Below, in pieces: positions 10,230 through 19,823 of a DNA stretch of 64,000 nt. Both the position numbers and the translations under genes were made by a program. The stretch comes from Spirochaetia bacterium (GTDB taxonomy: Bacteria > Spirochaetota > Spirochaetia > Treponematales > Treponemataceae): NCBI GenBank assembly GCA_900769985.1, contig CAAGIS010000064.1, positions 112,427 to 176,426 on the forward strand, written 5' to 3'. Position 1 is the first letter of the stretch. Each line of letters begins with the position of its first letter. The notes below the pieces were generated by a model. The model had not been told where the DNA came from. It searched no databases and was given only the letters and a program-made list of their open reading frames with translations.

Positions 10230-10855
10230 TTTTAAGAATAATAATGCTGTTTCTTTTTATTGTTCTCACTGGTTTTCTTTTATTCTTTATTTACGGAATT
10301 TTTATTCCTGCCGTAAAACCGCAGATTGAAGAAGAGCAGGATCCGCTTTTTTCGGAAGTTGAACTTAATTATATAGATTCATTTGATGAAGAAACTGTAG
10401 AAATTTCGAATTATCAGGCTGTCGTTCTGTGCAGTTCAAACAGAACTTTTGAAAAAGAACGTCTTAAATACAACGGAATAAAAAGTTGTGCTTTGTTTTC
10501 TTCAATATACGAAACCGCAAACGATTGTAAATTCGGGTGCATAGGATTCGGAGACTGTGCAAAAGTATGTCCTCAGGAAGCAATCGTTATAAAAAATGGA
10601 ACTGCCGTAATTACAGACAACTGTTGTGGCTGTAAAAAATGCGTTTCTGCCTGTCCTAAACAGCTTATTCATCTTTTTGACAAAAACAACAAAGCAGAAC
10701 TTCGCGAAGTAAAGCTGTGCAATGTTTCAGAAGACTGCATTACAACATGCAGCCAGTGCAGGCTCCATAATAAAACAGATAAATTTACTAATCTGGAACA
10801 AAAGCACTTTAAATTTTGGAAATCTTGCTATAAAATATTAAACAAAAAGCAGTAA
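10226..10855 (+). CDS. RnfB-like membrane-anchored 4Fe-4S protein
   Basis: N-terminal TM; YNGIKSC, CKFGCIGFGDCAKVCP, CCGCKKCVSACP; SD AGGAG before 10226. Confidence 0.8.
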   Translation: MILRIIMLFLFIVLTGFLLFFIYGIFIPAVKPQIEEEQDPLFSEVELNYIDSFDEETVEISNYQAVVLCSSNRTFEKERLKYNGIKSCALFSSIYETANDCKFGCIGFGDCAKVCPQEAIVIKNGTAVITDNCCGCKKCVSACPKQLIHLFDKNNKAELREVKLCNVSEDCITTCSQCRLHNKTDKFTNLEQKHFKFWKSCYKILNKKQ

Positions 10856-10867
10856 TATTTTAAAAAG

Positions 10868-12850
10868 GTGAACATGATAAATATCTGTCTTGAATTTTCA
10901 ACAGAATCATCAAATTTTACGGATATCTCTGATTATAAAACGGTATACGAAAAAATGTATAAACCGTTGATATCTTTTTTGTATGCTCATCAGGAATGTC
11001 CCTTTTCATTTTACTTTTCCGGGCTGGAATTTGATTTTATAAGACAGAAAAATCCTGAATTCATAGAAATTTTGCGCAAACTTGTAAACAGAAAGCAGGT
11101 AGAAATTCTTGGCGGAGGATATTACAATCCTGTTTTTCCGCTGCTTTTTCCGCAGGACAGGACAGGACAGGTTGAACTTTTAAGTTCTGCAATCAGAAAA
11201 TCAGTTGGCAAACGTCCACGCGGTGTTTCTCTTTGTGCAAGTGCATGGGATCCGTCTTTAGTTACGTCTTTTGAAACGTGTGGAATGGAATATGTTCAGC
11301 TTGACAGTTCACTTATTCCAGATGATAAAAACGTATTTCTTCCTATTGTAATGGCAGACAGGGGAAAATCGATAAAAATAATTTCAATTCAAAATGAGTT
11401 TATCCCAAAGCAAAATGAATTGCCAGAAGATTTTATCATTCGCATAAAAAAGGCTATTGAAAAAAAAATTAAGTCAAGTGATTTTTATCAAGATGCTGAC
11501 CGTGTCATTACGATTTCTTTAACAAGATATTCTGTAAACACTGTGCTTGAAAATAACTGGCTTGAAAGATTTTTAGAATTGACAGTAAATCAATATTCTG
11601 ATGATCTAAAACTTTCACTTCCTGTAAACTGCGTGCGCAATTCAAAAGCATTCATTCAGTCTTACATTCATTCAGGAATAAGTTCTGACATTGCAAAATG
11701 GGTGACGGAACCTTTTAAAGAAATTGAAGTAAAAGGTTCATCAGTAAACATTTATGATTTCATGCAGACTTACAAAAGAAGTCAGGCTTTGTATAACAGA
11801 ATGATTTTCGTTTCCCTTCTGGTCAATAATTGTCACGGTGACAAAATGCGAAAAAAAGCTGCGCGTGAATATCTGTGGGCCGCACAAAACGGAGATGCTT
11901 ATGTCTGCAAATCAAGCGGAATTCTAGTAAGTTCTCAGGAACGGCAGAATGCGTACAGAAAACTGACAGATGCCGAAAAACTCGTCCGTGAATGTGAAAA
12001 TTTTCAAGAATCGCTTACAAGTTTTGATTATAACTGCGACGGATTTAAAGAATATGTATGCAGAATGGAAAAATACAACGCCTGCATTACGCTTCTTGGC
12101 GGTGCAATTTTTGAACTGAACGTAATGAAAAATTCCGGCAATTATGCAGACAATATGTCGCGCATTATACCGCTTGACAAATGCAGCGATAACTACGAAA
12201 AAGGACTTTTTGTAGACCACCTTTTTGAACCAGAAGAATATGAAAATTACATAAACGGTCGTGACTGCAAAAACGGTGTTTTTTCAGGAAACATTTACAG
12301 GGAAATAAATTTCAATTCGCAAAAACACGAAATTTTCCTTGAAACTGATTCTGATTTTCCGAGCCTGAACCAGACTGTAAACCTAAAGAAAAAATATGTT
12401 GTTACAACAAACGGAATTATGGTTCAGTATATTATAAAAAATACAAGTCCGATTGCATTAAAGGCAAAATTTGTCGTTGAATCAAACTTTGCACAGACCT
12501 GTTTTAAAATTAACACTTTTGATTCTTATAAAATCGAAGTCGTAAACAATAATCAGATTGAAGAAAAATCTCCTGACAATCTGGAGTTCATGAAGAATGT
12601 AGATGCATTTATGCTTACAGATACTGACAACAATGTGTCTTTTACATTTGAACCGAACGAAATGGCAAATCTTGTTTCGTATCCGATTGTCTTTATGAGA
12701 AAAAAAACTGACTCAAAAAATCTTGAACCTGCCGGCCGTACACTCTCGCTCTCTCTTGCATGGGACGTAAATCTGTCGTGCGGTATGGAAATGGAAAAAA
12801 CGATAAATCTATCAATAATTCCAGGAAGAAAGAAATCCAGAACCTCGTAG
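10868..12850 (+). CDS. GH57 alpha-amylase/4-alpha-glucanotransferase-like protein, probably catalytically degenerate
   Basis: YKPL..FL, FSG, QVEILGGGYYNPV, RPRG, AQNGDAY, DYNCDGFKE (DUF1925/DUF1926-like C-terminus). Confidence 0.8.
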   Translation: MNMINICLEFSTESSNFTDISDYKTVYEKMYKPLISFLYAHQECPFSFYFSGLEFDFIRQKNPEFIEILRKLVNRKQVEILGGGYYNPVFPLLFPQDRTGQVELLSSAIRKSVGKRPRGVSLCASAWDPSLVTSFETCGMEYVQLDSSLIPDDKNVFLPIVMADRGKSIKIISIQNEFIPKQNELPEDFIIRIKKAIEKKIKSSDFYQDADRVITISLTRYSVNTVLENNWLERFLELTVNQYSDDLKLSLPVNCVRNSKAFIQSYIHSGISSDIAKWVTEPFKEIEVKGSSVNIYDFMQTYKRSQALYNRMIFVSLLVNNCHGDKMRKKAAREYLWAAQNGDAYVCKSSGILVSSQERQNAYRKLTDAEKLVRECENFQESLTSFDYNCDGFKEYVCRMEKYNACITLLGGAIFELNVMKNSGNYADNMSRIIPLDKCSDNYEKGLFVDHLFEPEEYENYINGRDCKNGVFSGNIYREINFNSQKHEIFLETDSDFPSLNQTVNLKKKYVVTTNGIMVQYIIKNTSPIALKAKFVVESNFAQTCFKINTFDSYKIEVVNNNQIEEKSPDNLEFMKNVDAFMLTDTDNNVSFTFEPNEMANLVSYPIVFMRKKTDSKNLEPAGRTLSLSLAWDVNLSCGMEMEKTINLSIIPGRKKSRTS

Positions 12851-12976
12851 CGCGAGTTAAATTCTGTGTTTGTGAGGAATTGAAATTTACGAGCACTGAC
12901 ATAGAGTTTTGCTCTTGCAAAACTCGTAGCGCGAGCTAAATCCTGTGTTTGTGAAGTATTGAAATTTACGAGCGCC
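12842..12976. repeat. Structured tandem repeat, ~1.7 units, period 79 bp (family A, copy 1)
   Basis: CTCGTAGCGCGAG occurs at 12844 and 12923; the unit is homologous to 32653..32930. Confidence 0.9.
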
Positions 12977-12979
12977 ACC

Positions 12980-13008
12980 TTGCACATAATCCATAAAGAA
13001 AATATAAT
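12980..13008 (+). promoter_or_regulatory. sigma70 promoter of metG (probably leaderless)
   Basis: TTGCAC-17 nt-TATAAT, 8 nt before ATG 13017, with no SD. Confidence 0.7.
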
Positions 13009-13016
13009 ATTTCATT

Positions 13017-15323
13017 ATGAAAAGAAGACTTATAACATCGGCTTTACCTTATGTAAACAATATTCCGCATCTTGGAAACCTTATTCAGATGCTTTCTGGA
13101 GATGTATTTGCCCGTTTTTGCCGTAACAGAGGCTACGATACATTATATATTTGTGGTACAGATGAATACGGAACTGCAACAGAGACAAAAGCAATCGAAG
13201 AAAAGAAAACTCCTCGTGAACTTTGTGATTACTATTATCAGGAACATACAAAGATTTATGACTGGTTTCATATTAACTTTGATAAATTCGGCCGCACTTC
13301 AAATGAACAGTGTACAGAAATTACGCAGGAGCTTTTTACAGACCTTGATAAAGCAGGACTTATAAACGAACACATCAACAAGCAACTTTATTGTCCTAAG
13401 TGCAATATGTTCCTTGCAGACCGCTATGTAGACGGAACTTGCCCTAAATGCAATTCTCCAAAAGCAAGGGGAGACCAGTGCGACGATTGCGGCGCTTTGC
13501 TCGATCCAATTGAATTGAAAGAACCAAAATGTCATACATGCGGTTCAACTCCAGAAATACGCGAAACAAAACATCTTTATATTGACCTTCCAAAATTGTC
13601 TGGAAAACTTGATGAATGGATGGAAAAAGCCAGCGTTGACGGAAAATGGTCAGACAACGCAATAAATATTACAAAAGCATGGATTCGTGACGGATTGAAC
13701 GAAAGGGCAATTACACGTGATTTAAAATGGGGAATTCCTGTTCCAAAAAAAGATTACGAAAACAAAGTTTTTTACGTATGGTTCAATGCACCAATCGGAT
13801 ATCTTTCAATTACTAAGCAGCTTGCAGATGAACTTTCCGAAGCCGGAAAAAAATCGTTCGACTGGAAATCATGGTGGTTGCCGGAAGAATCTGACGAAGC
13901 AAAAAACAAAGAAAAAGTTGAATTATTCCAGTTTATTGGCAAAGACAATATTCCGTTTCATACAGTAATTTTTCCTTGTACTTTACTTGGTTCACCTCAC
14001 AATTGGACAAAACTTCACCACATGAGTTCTTCTGAATACATGAACTATGAAGACGGCAAATTTTCAAAAAGCCGGGGAGTCGGAGTTTTTGGAACTGATG
14101 CAATTGAAACGGGAATCCCTGCTGATGCATGGCGTTTTTACATTTTTTACAACAGACCTGAAAAACAGGATTTCCAGTTTACATGGAAAGATTTTATGGA
14201 AAAGATGAATTCTGAACTTATCGGAAATCTTGGAAACCTCGTTAACAGAACACTTCTTTTTGTTACAAGATACTTTGACGGAATTATTCCTGACGCTCCG
14301 GTTGATGAAGAACTCTGGACAGAAGTTCGCGCCCTTGAATCAAAGATTACAGAAAACCTTGAATGGGCAAATCTTAAAGATGCGTTCCGTCAGTGTTTTG
14401 AAATTGCCGACATCTGCAATAAAAAGTTTCAGGCTGCAGAACCATGGAAAACAAGAACAACTGACCCGGCTTCATGTGCAAAACTCATTCATAATCTGTG
14501 CTATGTAATCAAAGACCTGATGATTATGATGAATCCTTATATGCCTCAATATACTCAGGTTGTTGCAAGTTATCTTGGACAGACAATTCAGGAAACAAAA
14601 ATTGATACCGAGTCAAAATCTGGCTTAAACTGGAACGATTTGGGTAAAACAGAGGGACTTGATAAAGTCGGACCTACAGAAGTTTATTTTAAACCTCTTG
14701 ACCAAAAGACAATGCTTTCATTCAGAGAAAAATTCAAAGGCAAACAGGAAAAACCTCAAAACAACAACTCTGAAAAAAAACAGGCAAAACAGAAAGACGA
14801 ACCTTCTGTTCTGCCTCCTGAAAAACAGGCCGAATTTTTCAATGCAAATATTGAGCTTAAAGTCGCAAAAATCCTGAAAGTTGACAATAATCCTGACGGT
14901 GACAAGTTGTATGTCGAAACTCTTGATGACGGTTCAGGAAAAGAACGAATCATTCAGTCAGGATTGAGAATGTATTTAAAACCTGAAGACCTTATCGGAA
15001 AGCACGTAATCATAGCGTCAAATCTTGCACCACGAAAAATGCGTGGTGTTGAAAGTCACGGTATGTTACTTGCAGGCGACTATAAAGACGACGGCAAAGA
15101 ATGCGTTGAAGTACTCGATGCTTCTTGGGCTGCTCCCGGAACTAAAGTCATTCTTGAAGGTTCTGATGAAAATGCAGTAAAAAAATCAGAAATTACTGCA
15201 GATGATTTTTTCAGCGTTCAGATTATGGCTAAAAACGGAACTGTCGAAATTGCAGGAAAAAAACTTCTTGCAGCAGGAAAGGAGATAAAAACTCAAAAGG
15301 CTCTTGACAGCGAAATCGGTTAA
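13017..15323 (+). CDS. metG: Methionine--tRNA ligase
   Basis: TSALPYVN..HLGN, GTDEYG, Zn knuckles, GKDNIPFH, KFSKS and a C-terminal tRNA-binding OB domain. Confidence 0.97.
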   Translation: MKRRLITSALPYVNNIPHLGNLIQMLSGDVFARFCRNRGYDTLYICGTDEYGTATETKAIEEKKTPRELCDYYYQEHTKIYDWFHINFDKFGRTSNEQCTEITQELFTDLDKAGLINEHINKQLYCPKCNMFLADRYVDGTCPKCNSPKARGDQCDDCGALLDPIELKEPKCHTCGSTPEIRETKHLYIDLPKLSGKLDEWMEKASVDGKWSDNAINITKAWIRDGLNERAITRDLKWGIPVPKKDYENKVFYVWFNAPIGYLSITKQLADELSEAGKKSFDWKSWWLPEESDEAKNKEKVELFQFIGKDNIPFHTVIFPCTLLGSPHNWTKLHHMSSSEYMNYEDGKFSKSRGVGVFGTDAIETGIPADAWRFYIFYNRPEKQDFQFTWKDFMEKMNSELIGNLGNLVNRTLLFVTRYFDGIIPDAPVDEELWTEVRALESKITENLEWANLKDAFRQCFEIADICNKKFQAAEPWKTRTTDPASCAKLIHNLCYVIKDLMIMMNPYMPQYTQVVASYLGQTIQETKIDTESKSGLNWNDLGKTEGLDKVGPTEVYFKPLDQKTMLSFREKFKGKQEKPQNNNSEKKQAKQKDEPSVLPPEKQAEFFNANIELKVAKILKVDNNPDGDKLYVETLDDGSGKERIIQSGLRMYLKPEDLIGKHVIIASNLAPRKMRGVESHGMLLAGDYKDDGKECVEVLDASWAAPGTKVILEGSDENAVKKSEITADDFFSVQIMAKNGTVEIAGKKLLAAGKEIKTQKALDSEIG

Positions 15324-15355
15324 AACTTAAAGTCTTAAAATCTTTGCAGCTTTTT

Positions 15356-16717
15356 CTAGCTGCAGGTTTTAATTATTTTCTTGAATTCACTTGCAAGATA
15401 AAATGAACCTGTAACTAAAAGAACTGCATTGTCTTTTATGGCTTCTTCCGATGCGTTTTTTATTGCGACTGAAAAATCAGCTGTAAAGTTAAAATTGATT
15501 TTTGCATTGGAAAATGCGCCTTTCATTTTTTGAATATTGCAGGTTTTTGTATTTCCGGGCTTAGTCAGAGTTACTTTTTCAAACCTGTTTGAAAAAAGGC
15601 ATGCGATATGTTCAACGTCTTTATCGGCAGCACAAGCGAACAAAAGATGAGCTTTCTTTGCTGAGTAAAATTTTTCAAAAGTGTCGAGTGTAAGTTTTAT
15701 GCTTTTTACAGTATGCGCACCATCTATCACAATTTCTTGGTTTTCAGAATTCCATCTTCTGTCGTTAAGCGGATTTTTTATGATTTCAAACCTTGCAGGA
15801 AGGAAAGTTTTTGAAAGACCTTTTTCAATAATTTCTTCCGTAATTTCCGGGTGAATTATTTTTACGGCACTTGCGGCAAGAAGGGCATTATCTGCCTGTA
15901 CGCTCCCGAACATTTTTGTTTTGAATAAAAGCGGGCGCACAAAAAGATTTGATTCTATTTTTACTTGCATGAATTTTCCGTTATTTTCCGTCAGATACTT
16001 ACAGTCTATGCTTTTACGTATTTCCTCTGCAAAAATAATTTGTGAATTATTTTTTTCTGCAAAAGTTTTAAAAACTTTTTTTACTTCAGGAACTTGCGTC
16101 GCACATAAAACAGGAATGCCATTTTTTATTATTCCTGCTTTTTCGGCAGCGATTTTTTCAAGCGTATCACCTAAGAATTCTGTATGCTCAAGTTCGATTG
16201 TATTTATAATTGAAATCTGTGGTTTTATTACGTTTGTTGCATCAAGTCTTCCGCCAAGTCCGACTTCAAAAACAGCTTCGTCTACTTTTGCAAGTTTCAT
16301 GCATAAAAATGCAAAGACTGTAACGAGTTCAAACCAAGTAACGTTTCTGTTATTCGGGATTTTATCTTTAATCAAACTGAATTTTTCGTAAAGTTCAGAG
16401 GCAGCTTTTTCATAAATTTCATCAGGAAAAAAACTGTCATTCAGCCTTATCCGTTCCCTAAAATCTTCTATATGCGGAGAAGCATAGATTCCTGTTTTTT
16501 TTCCAGCTTCCGTTAAAATTGAAGAAATCATTGCAGATACAGAACCTTTTCCTTTAGAGCCTGCAACATGATAAGAGGGAATACAGGCTTCTGGATTATT
16601 CAGCATGGAACATAAAAACTCCATCGTGTCTAGCCAGAACATATTTTTCTGCGGAAGTTTTTCAAAATTTAAAAAGGAATCAACCCAAGTTAAAAATTCT
16701 GCAAATGTTTTTGTCAT
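15356..16717 (-). CDS. folC: Folylpolyglutamate synthase/dihydrofolate synthase
   Basis: HVAGSKGKGS, SPH..FRERI, EVGLGGRLDATN, EKAGI, DGAH, TGSFYL. Confidence 0.95.
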   Translation of the reverse strand: MTKTFAEFLTWVDSFLNFEKLPQKNMFWLDTMEFLCSMLNNPEACIPSYHVAGSKGKGSVSAMISSILTEAGKKTGIYASPHIEDFRERIRLNDSFFPDEIYEKAASELYEKFSLIKDKIPNNRNVTWFELVTVFAFLCMKLAKVDEAVFEVGLGGRLDATNVIKPQISIINTIELEHTEFLGDTLEKIAAEKAGIIKNGIPVLCATQVPEVKKVFKTFAEKNNSQIIFAEEIRKSIDCKYLTENNGKFMQVKIESNLFVRPLLFKTKMFGSVQADNALLAASAVKIIHPEITEEIIEKGLSKTFLPARFEIIKNPLNDRRWNSENQEIVIDGAHTVKSIKLTLDTFEKFYSAKKAHLLFACAADKDVEHIACLFSNRFEKVTLTKPGNTKTCNIQKMKGAFSNAKINFNFTADFSVAIKNASEEAIKDNAVLLVTGSFYLASEFKKIIKTCS

Positions 16718-16858
16718 AAATAATAGTATATTAAATTTTATTAATATTGAAAATACTTGATATTTTGTATAATATAATTCATTGTAATGTTAATAATTGA
16801 AAGATGTGCAAGTAAAAAGTCTTTTCAGTTAAAATAATTTTTTTATGGGGAGCATTAT

Positions 16859-17956
16859 ATGTCGGAAATTCAATATACAGATATAAATAAAAGTTTTGAA
16901 GCAGCGCTTGAACGTTCAAAAAAGATAGAAGCTGATCTTGCAATTAATCCTAAAAAATACCGTGTTCTGACAGGCGACAGACCTACAGGCAGGCTTCATA
17001 TCGGTCATTATTTCGGCTCGCTTCAAAACAGGGTGCGCCTTGCAAATCTTGGTGTACCTACAATGATTCTGATTGCTGACTATCAGGTTTTGACAGACCA
17101 CGATGCTTTTCAGGAAATAAGCCAGAATACAAAGCAGCTTGTAATTGATTATCTTGCTGCAGGTATAAATCCTGAAAAACAGGACGTCATCATTTATCCG
17201 CACAGCTACGTACCGGAATGTAATCAGCTTATGCTGCCGTTTTTAACTTTAGTTTCAAATGCAGAGTTGAGCCGCAATCCTACTGTAAAAGAAGAAATTG
17301 AAAGTGCAGGGCTTAAAAATGTAAATGCAGGAATGTATACTTATCCTGTTCATCAGGCATGTGACATTCTTTTTTGCAAAGGCAATGTCGTACCTGTCGG
17401 CAAAGACCAGCTGCCGCACCTTGAAATGACAAGAACAATTGCAAGTCGTTTTAACAAAAAATTTTGTACTGATTCTGGAAAAGAACCTGTATTCCCTGAA
17501 CCTCAGGCACTGCTTTCTAAAACTCCTATGATTCTCGGTCTTGACGGAAGTCAGAAAATGTCAAAATCACGCGGAAATGCAATAATGCTTTCTGCAACAG
17601 AAGATGAAACTGCAAAATTGATTAAAAAAGCAAAAACAGATCAAGACAGGAATATTACTTATGACCCTGTAAACCGGCCTGAAGTTGCAAACCTTTTGAT
17701 GCTTATTTCTCTCTGTACAGGAGATGAGCCTGATACAATAGCTGCAAAAATAGGAGATGGTGGCGGCGGAATGTTAAAGTCAATGCTTACAGAAGCAATG
17801 AACGAAAAACTCCGTCCGCTTCGTGCAGAACGAGCTCGACTTGAAGCAGACCCTGAATATATCAGAAAAGTGCTTCTTGACGGTGCAGAAAAAGCGCGCG
17901 AAATCGGAATTAAAACTCTTGAAGAAGTCCGCGAAGTAATGAATATGAAAATTTAA
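16859..17956 (+). CDS. trpS: Tryptophan--tRNA ligase
   Basis: TGDRPTGRLHIGH, YPVHQACDIL, VPVGKDQ, KMSKS. Confidence 0.95.
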   Translation: MSEIQYTDINKSFEAALERSKKIEADLAINPKKYRVLTGDRPTGRLHIGHYFGSLQNRVRLANLGVPTMILIADYQVLTDHDAFQEISQNTKQLVIDYLAAGINPEKQDVIIYPHSYVPECNQLMLPFLTLVSNAELSRNPTVKEEIESAGLKNVNAGMYTYPVHQACDILFCKGNVVPVGKDQLPHLEMTRTIASRFNKKFCTDSGKEPVFPEPQALLSKTPMILGLDGSQKMSKSRGNAIMLSATEDETAKLIKKAKTDQDRNITYDPVNRPEVANLLMLISLCTGDEPDTIAAKIGDGGGGMLKSMLTEAMNEKLRPLRAERARLEADPEYIRKVLLDGAEKAREIGIKTLEEVREVMNMKI

Positions 17957-17999
17957 TTTTCACATTCTGAATAGATTTGCACCACGAATACCCGGACAT

Positions 18000-18350
18000 T
18001 TATTTATTTGCTTTTATGTTGTTTTCGTCATCAAGCAGGATAATTTTCGGCTGCCAGTTTTCTGCATCCTGCTCCTGTATGTAAGTATATGTAACTATAA
18101 TTACTTTATCACCAGGAGCAGCCATTCTTGCTGCCGCGCCGTTAAGGCAGATTTCGCCTTTTTTACCCGGCATTATATACGTTGAAAACCTTGCACCGTT
18201 ATTTACGTTTAATACATCGACTTTTTCCCAAGCATGCATTTGTGCAACTTTTAACAGTTCTGCATCAATAGTAATTGAACCTTCATAATTCAAGTTTGCA
18301 TCTGTTACAGTTGCCCTGTGCAGTTTTGATTTTAATACTTCAATTTTCAT
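18000..18350 (-). CDS. panD: Aspartate 1-decarboxylase
   Basis: KSKLHRATVT, YEG|SITID autocleavage site, ICLNGAAAR. Confidence 0.97.
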   Translation of the reverse strand: MKIEVLKSKLHRATVTDANLNYEGSITIDAELLKVAQMHAWEKVDVLNVNNGARFSTYIMPGKKGEICLNGAAARMAAPGDKVIIVTYTYIQEQDAENWQPKIILLDDENNIKANK

Positions 18351-18351
18351 T

Positions 18352-19119
18352 TTAATTAAGCTCCAGAATTCTTTTTAACCCTATGTGAACAAGTTCAGGC
18401 ACAATTTCATCAAAAATATTTTCAGATTCCAAAAGCCTGGCAAAGCCGCCTGTTCCCATAACGTAAGGTTTCTTATTTTTAAAAATCTGTTTGTTGTAAA
18501 GATTTATGATTTCTTTTATTGAACCTGTCTGACCATAATAAACACCTGACTGTATTGCTTCGACTGTAGAAGACCCACAGGCTTTCTGTGGTTTTATTAT
18601 TTCTACAGGAGGAAGTTTTGCAGTCCCGGAGGCGAGGGCAGTGACAGAAGTTTTTATTCCAGGCAGAATTGCGCCTCCTAAATATTCATTTTCTTTTGTA
18701 ACGACATCTATAGTCGTAGCTGTTCCCATATCAATAATAATTAAATCCTGTTTTGGTTTTAAAAAACTTGCACCTACGCCTGCTGCTATTCTGTCAGCAC
18801 CGATTTCTTTGGGGTTTGCATATTTTAGTTTTAATCCGGTTTTTATTCCAGACTGAACGAACAATCCTTCTATACCAAAATATTTGACAAAAGAATTTGC
18901 AATGGCATGATTTAAGGATGGAACTACGCTACAACAGGCTATTTTTTCAATCTTCTTGTAGTCAAATCCATTCAGTTTTATGACATCCCTCAAAAAAAGA
19001 CCGATTTCATCAGAAGACAGGCTTTGTGCAGTAGATTTTCTGAAAACCAAAATGTTGTCATTGTCTTCAAACAAACCGCCTTGTATTGTCGTATTACCAA
19101 CATCCATTGTCAAAATCAT
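18352..19119 (-). CDS. coaX: Type III pantothenate kinase
   Basis: DVGNT, CSVVP, IGADR, DMGTATT, GGAILPG, TGG. Confidence 0.95.
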   Translation of the reverse strand: MILTMDVGNTTIQGGLFEDNDNILVFRKSTAQSLSSDEIGLFLRDVIKLNGFDYKKIEKIACCSVVPSLNHAIANSFVKYFGIEGLFVQSGIKTGLKLKYANPKEIGADRIAAGVGASFLKPKQDLIIIDMGTATTIDVVTKENEYLGGAILPGIKTSVTALASGTAKLPPVEIIKPQKACGSSTVEAIQSGVYYGQTGSIKEIINLYNKQIFKNKKPYVMGTGGFARLLESENIFDEIVPELVHIGLKRILELN

Positions 19120-19120
19120 T

Positions 19121-19807
19121 TTATACCTCAGTTCTTTTTTCTATTAATTTTAAAAGTCCGTCTGACAGCGAGCACACAGAACTGCACTCAAAAACCTTAG
19201 AGAGTTTTCTGTCAAAAACAGTACAAGGATGAACTGACTCTGTTATTTCTGATTTATCATTCAATACGACAAAATCAGGAGAGTCAGCATTAATCTCTTG
19301 ATTTTTGCCATAAAAAACTTTTCTTACGGCATCAAATTTTTCTCCATCTGAAAAACGGTCAGTCAATTTAAAGCCGATTAAAATGCAGTTTTTCTTTGAA
19401 AGCCGTTTGACAGATTCTATCAGTTTTGGATTCTGCTTCATCGTAACAGAAAAAGTTTTGCCTGAAGGAATTTTATTTATTGAACCTGCAGGATAATTTT
19501 TACCGTCAATCGTAACAAAATCTGGTGAATAATCACTTACTGCAGCAGCGTGAATTACTGCATCAAATTCATTTTGAGAAAGAGTCTGTTCAAGCTTGAG
19601 TTTTAAATCTTCAAAAGTCCTGAACGTATGGACGATACAGTTTTTGCTTTTTATTGCACGGTATCCTGACAGGCAGATGACATTGTGACCTGCCTTTACA
19701 AGACAGTCTGCAATCAAAGAAGATGTTTTTCCTGTAGAAAAATTGCAGACACTCCTTACGTCGTCTATAGGTTCTTCACATCCGCCACCTGTTATTAATA
19801 TATTCAA
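19121..19807 (-). CDS. coaB: Phosphopantothenate--cysteine ligase (stand-alone CoaB)
   Basis: LITGGGCEEPIDDVR..NFSTG, HAAAVSDY, IGFKL; TTG start with SD AGGAG. Confidence 0.9.
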   Translation of the reverse strand: MNILITGGGCEEPIDDVRSVCNFSTGKTSSLIADCLVKAGHNVICLSGYRAIKSKNCIVHTFRTFEDLKLKLEQTLSQNEFDAVIHAAAVSDYSPDFVTIDGKNYPAGSINKIPSGKTFSVTMKQNPKLIESVKRLSKKNCILIGFKLTDRFSDGEKFDAVRKVFYGKNQEINADSPDFVVLNDKSEITESVHPCTVFDRKLSKVFECSSVCSLSDGLLKLIEKRTEV

Positions 19808-19823
19808 TTAAAAATCTCCTGTA

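Noticed and set aside
12553..12987. 144-aa and 75-aa minus-strand ORFs
   Set aside because: Read-through of the repeat plus antisense of GH57.
12977..13016. T-box or SAM riboswitch before metG
   Set aside because: The promoter lies only 8 nt from the ATG, leaving no leader.
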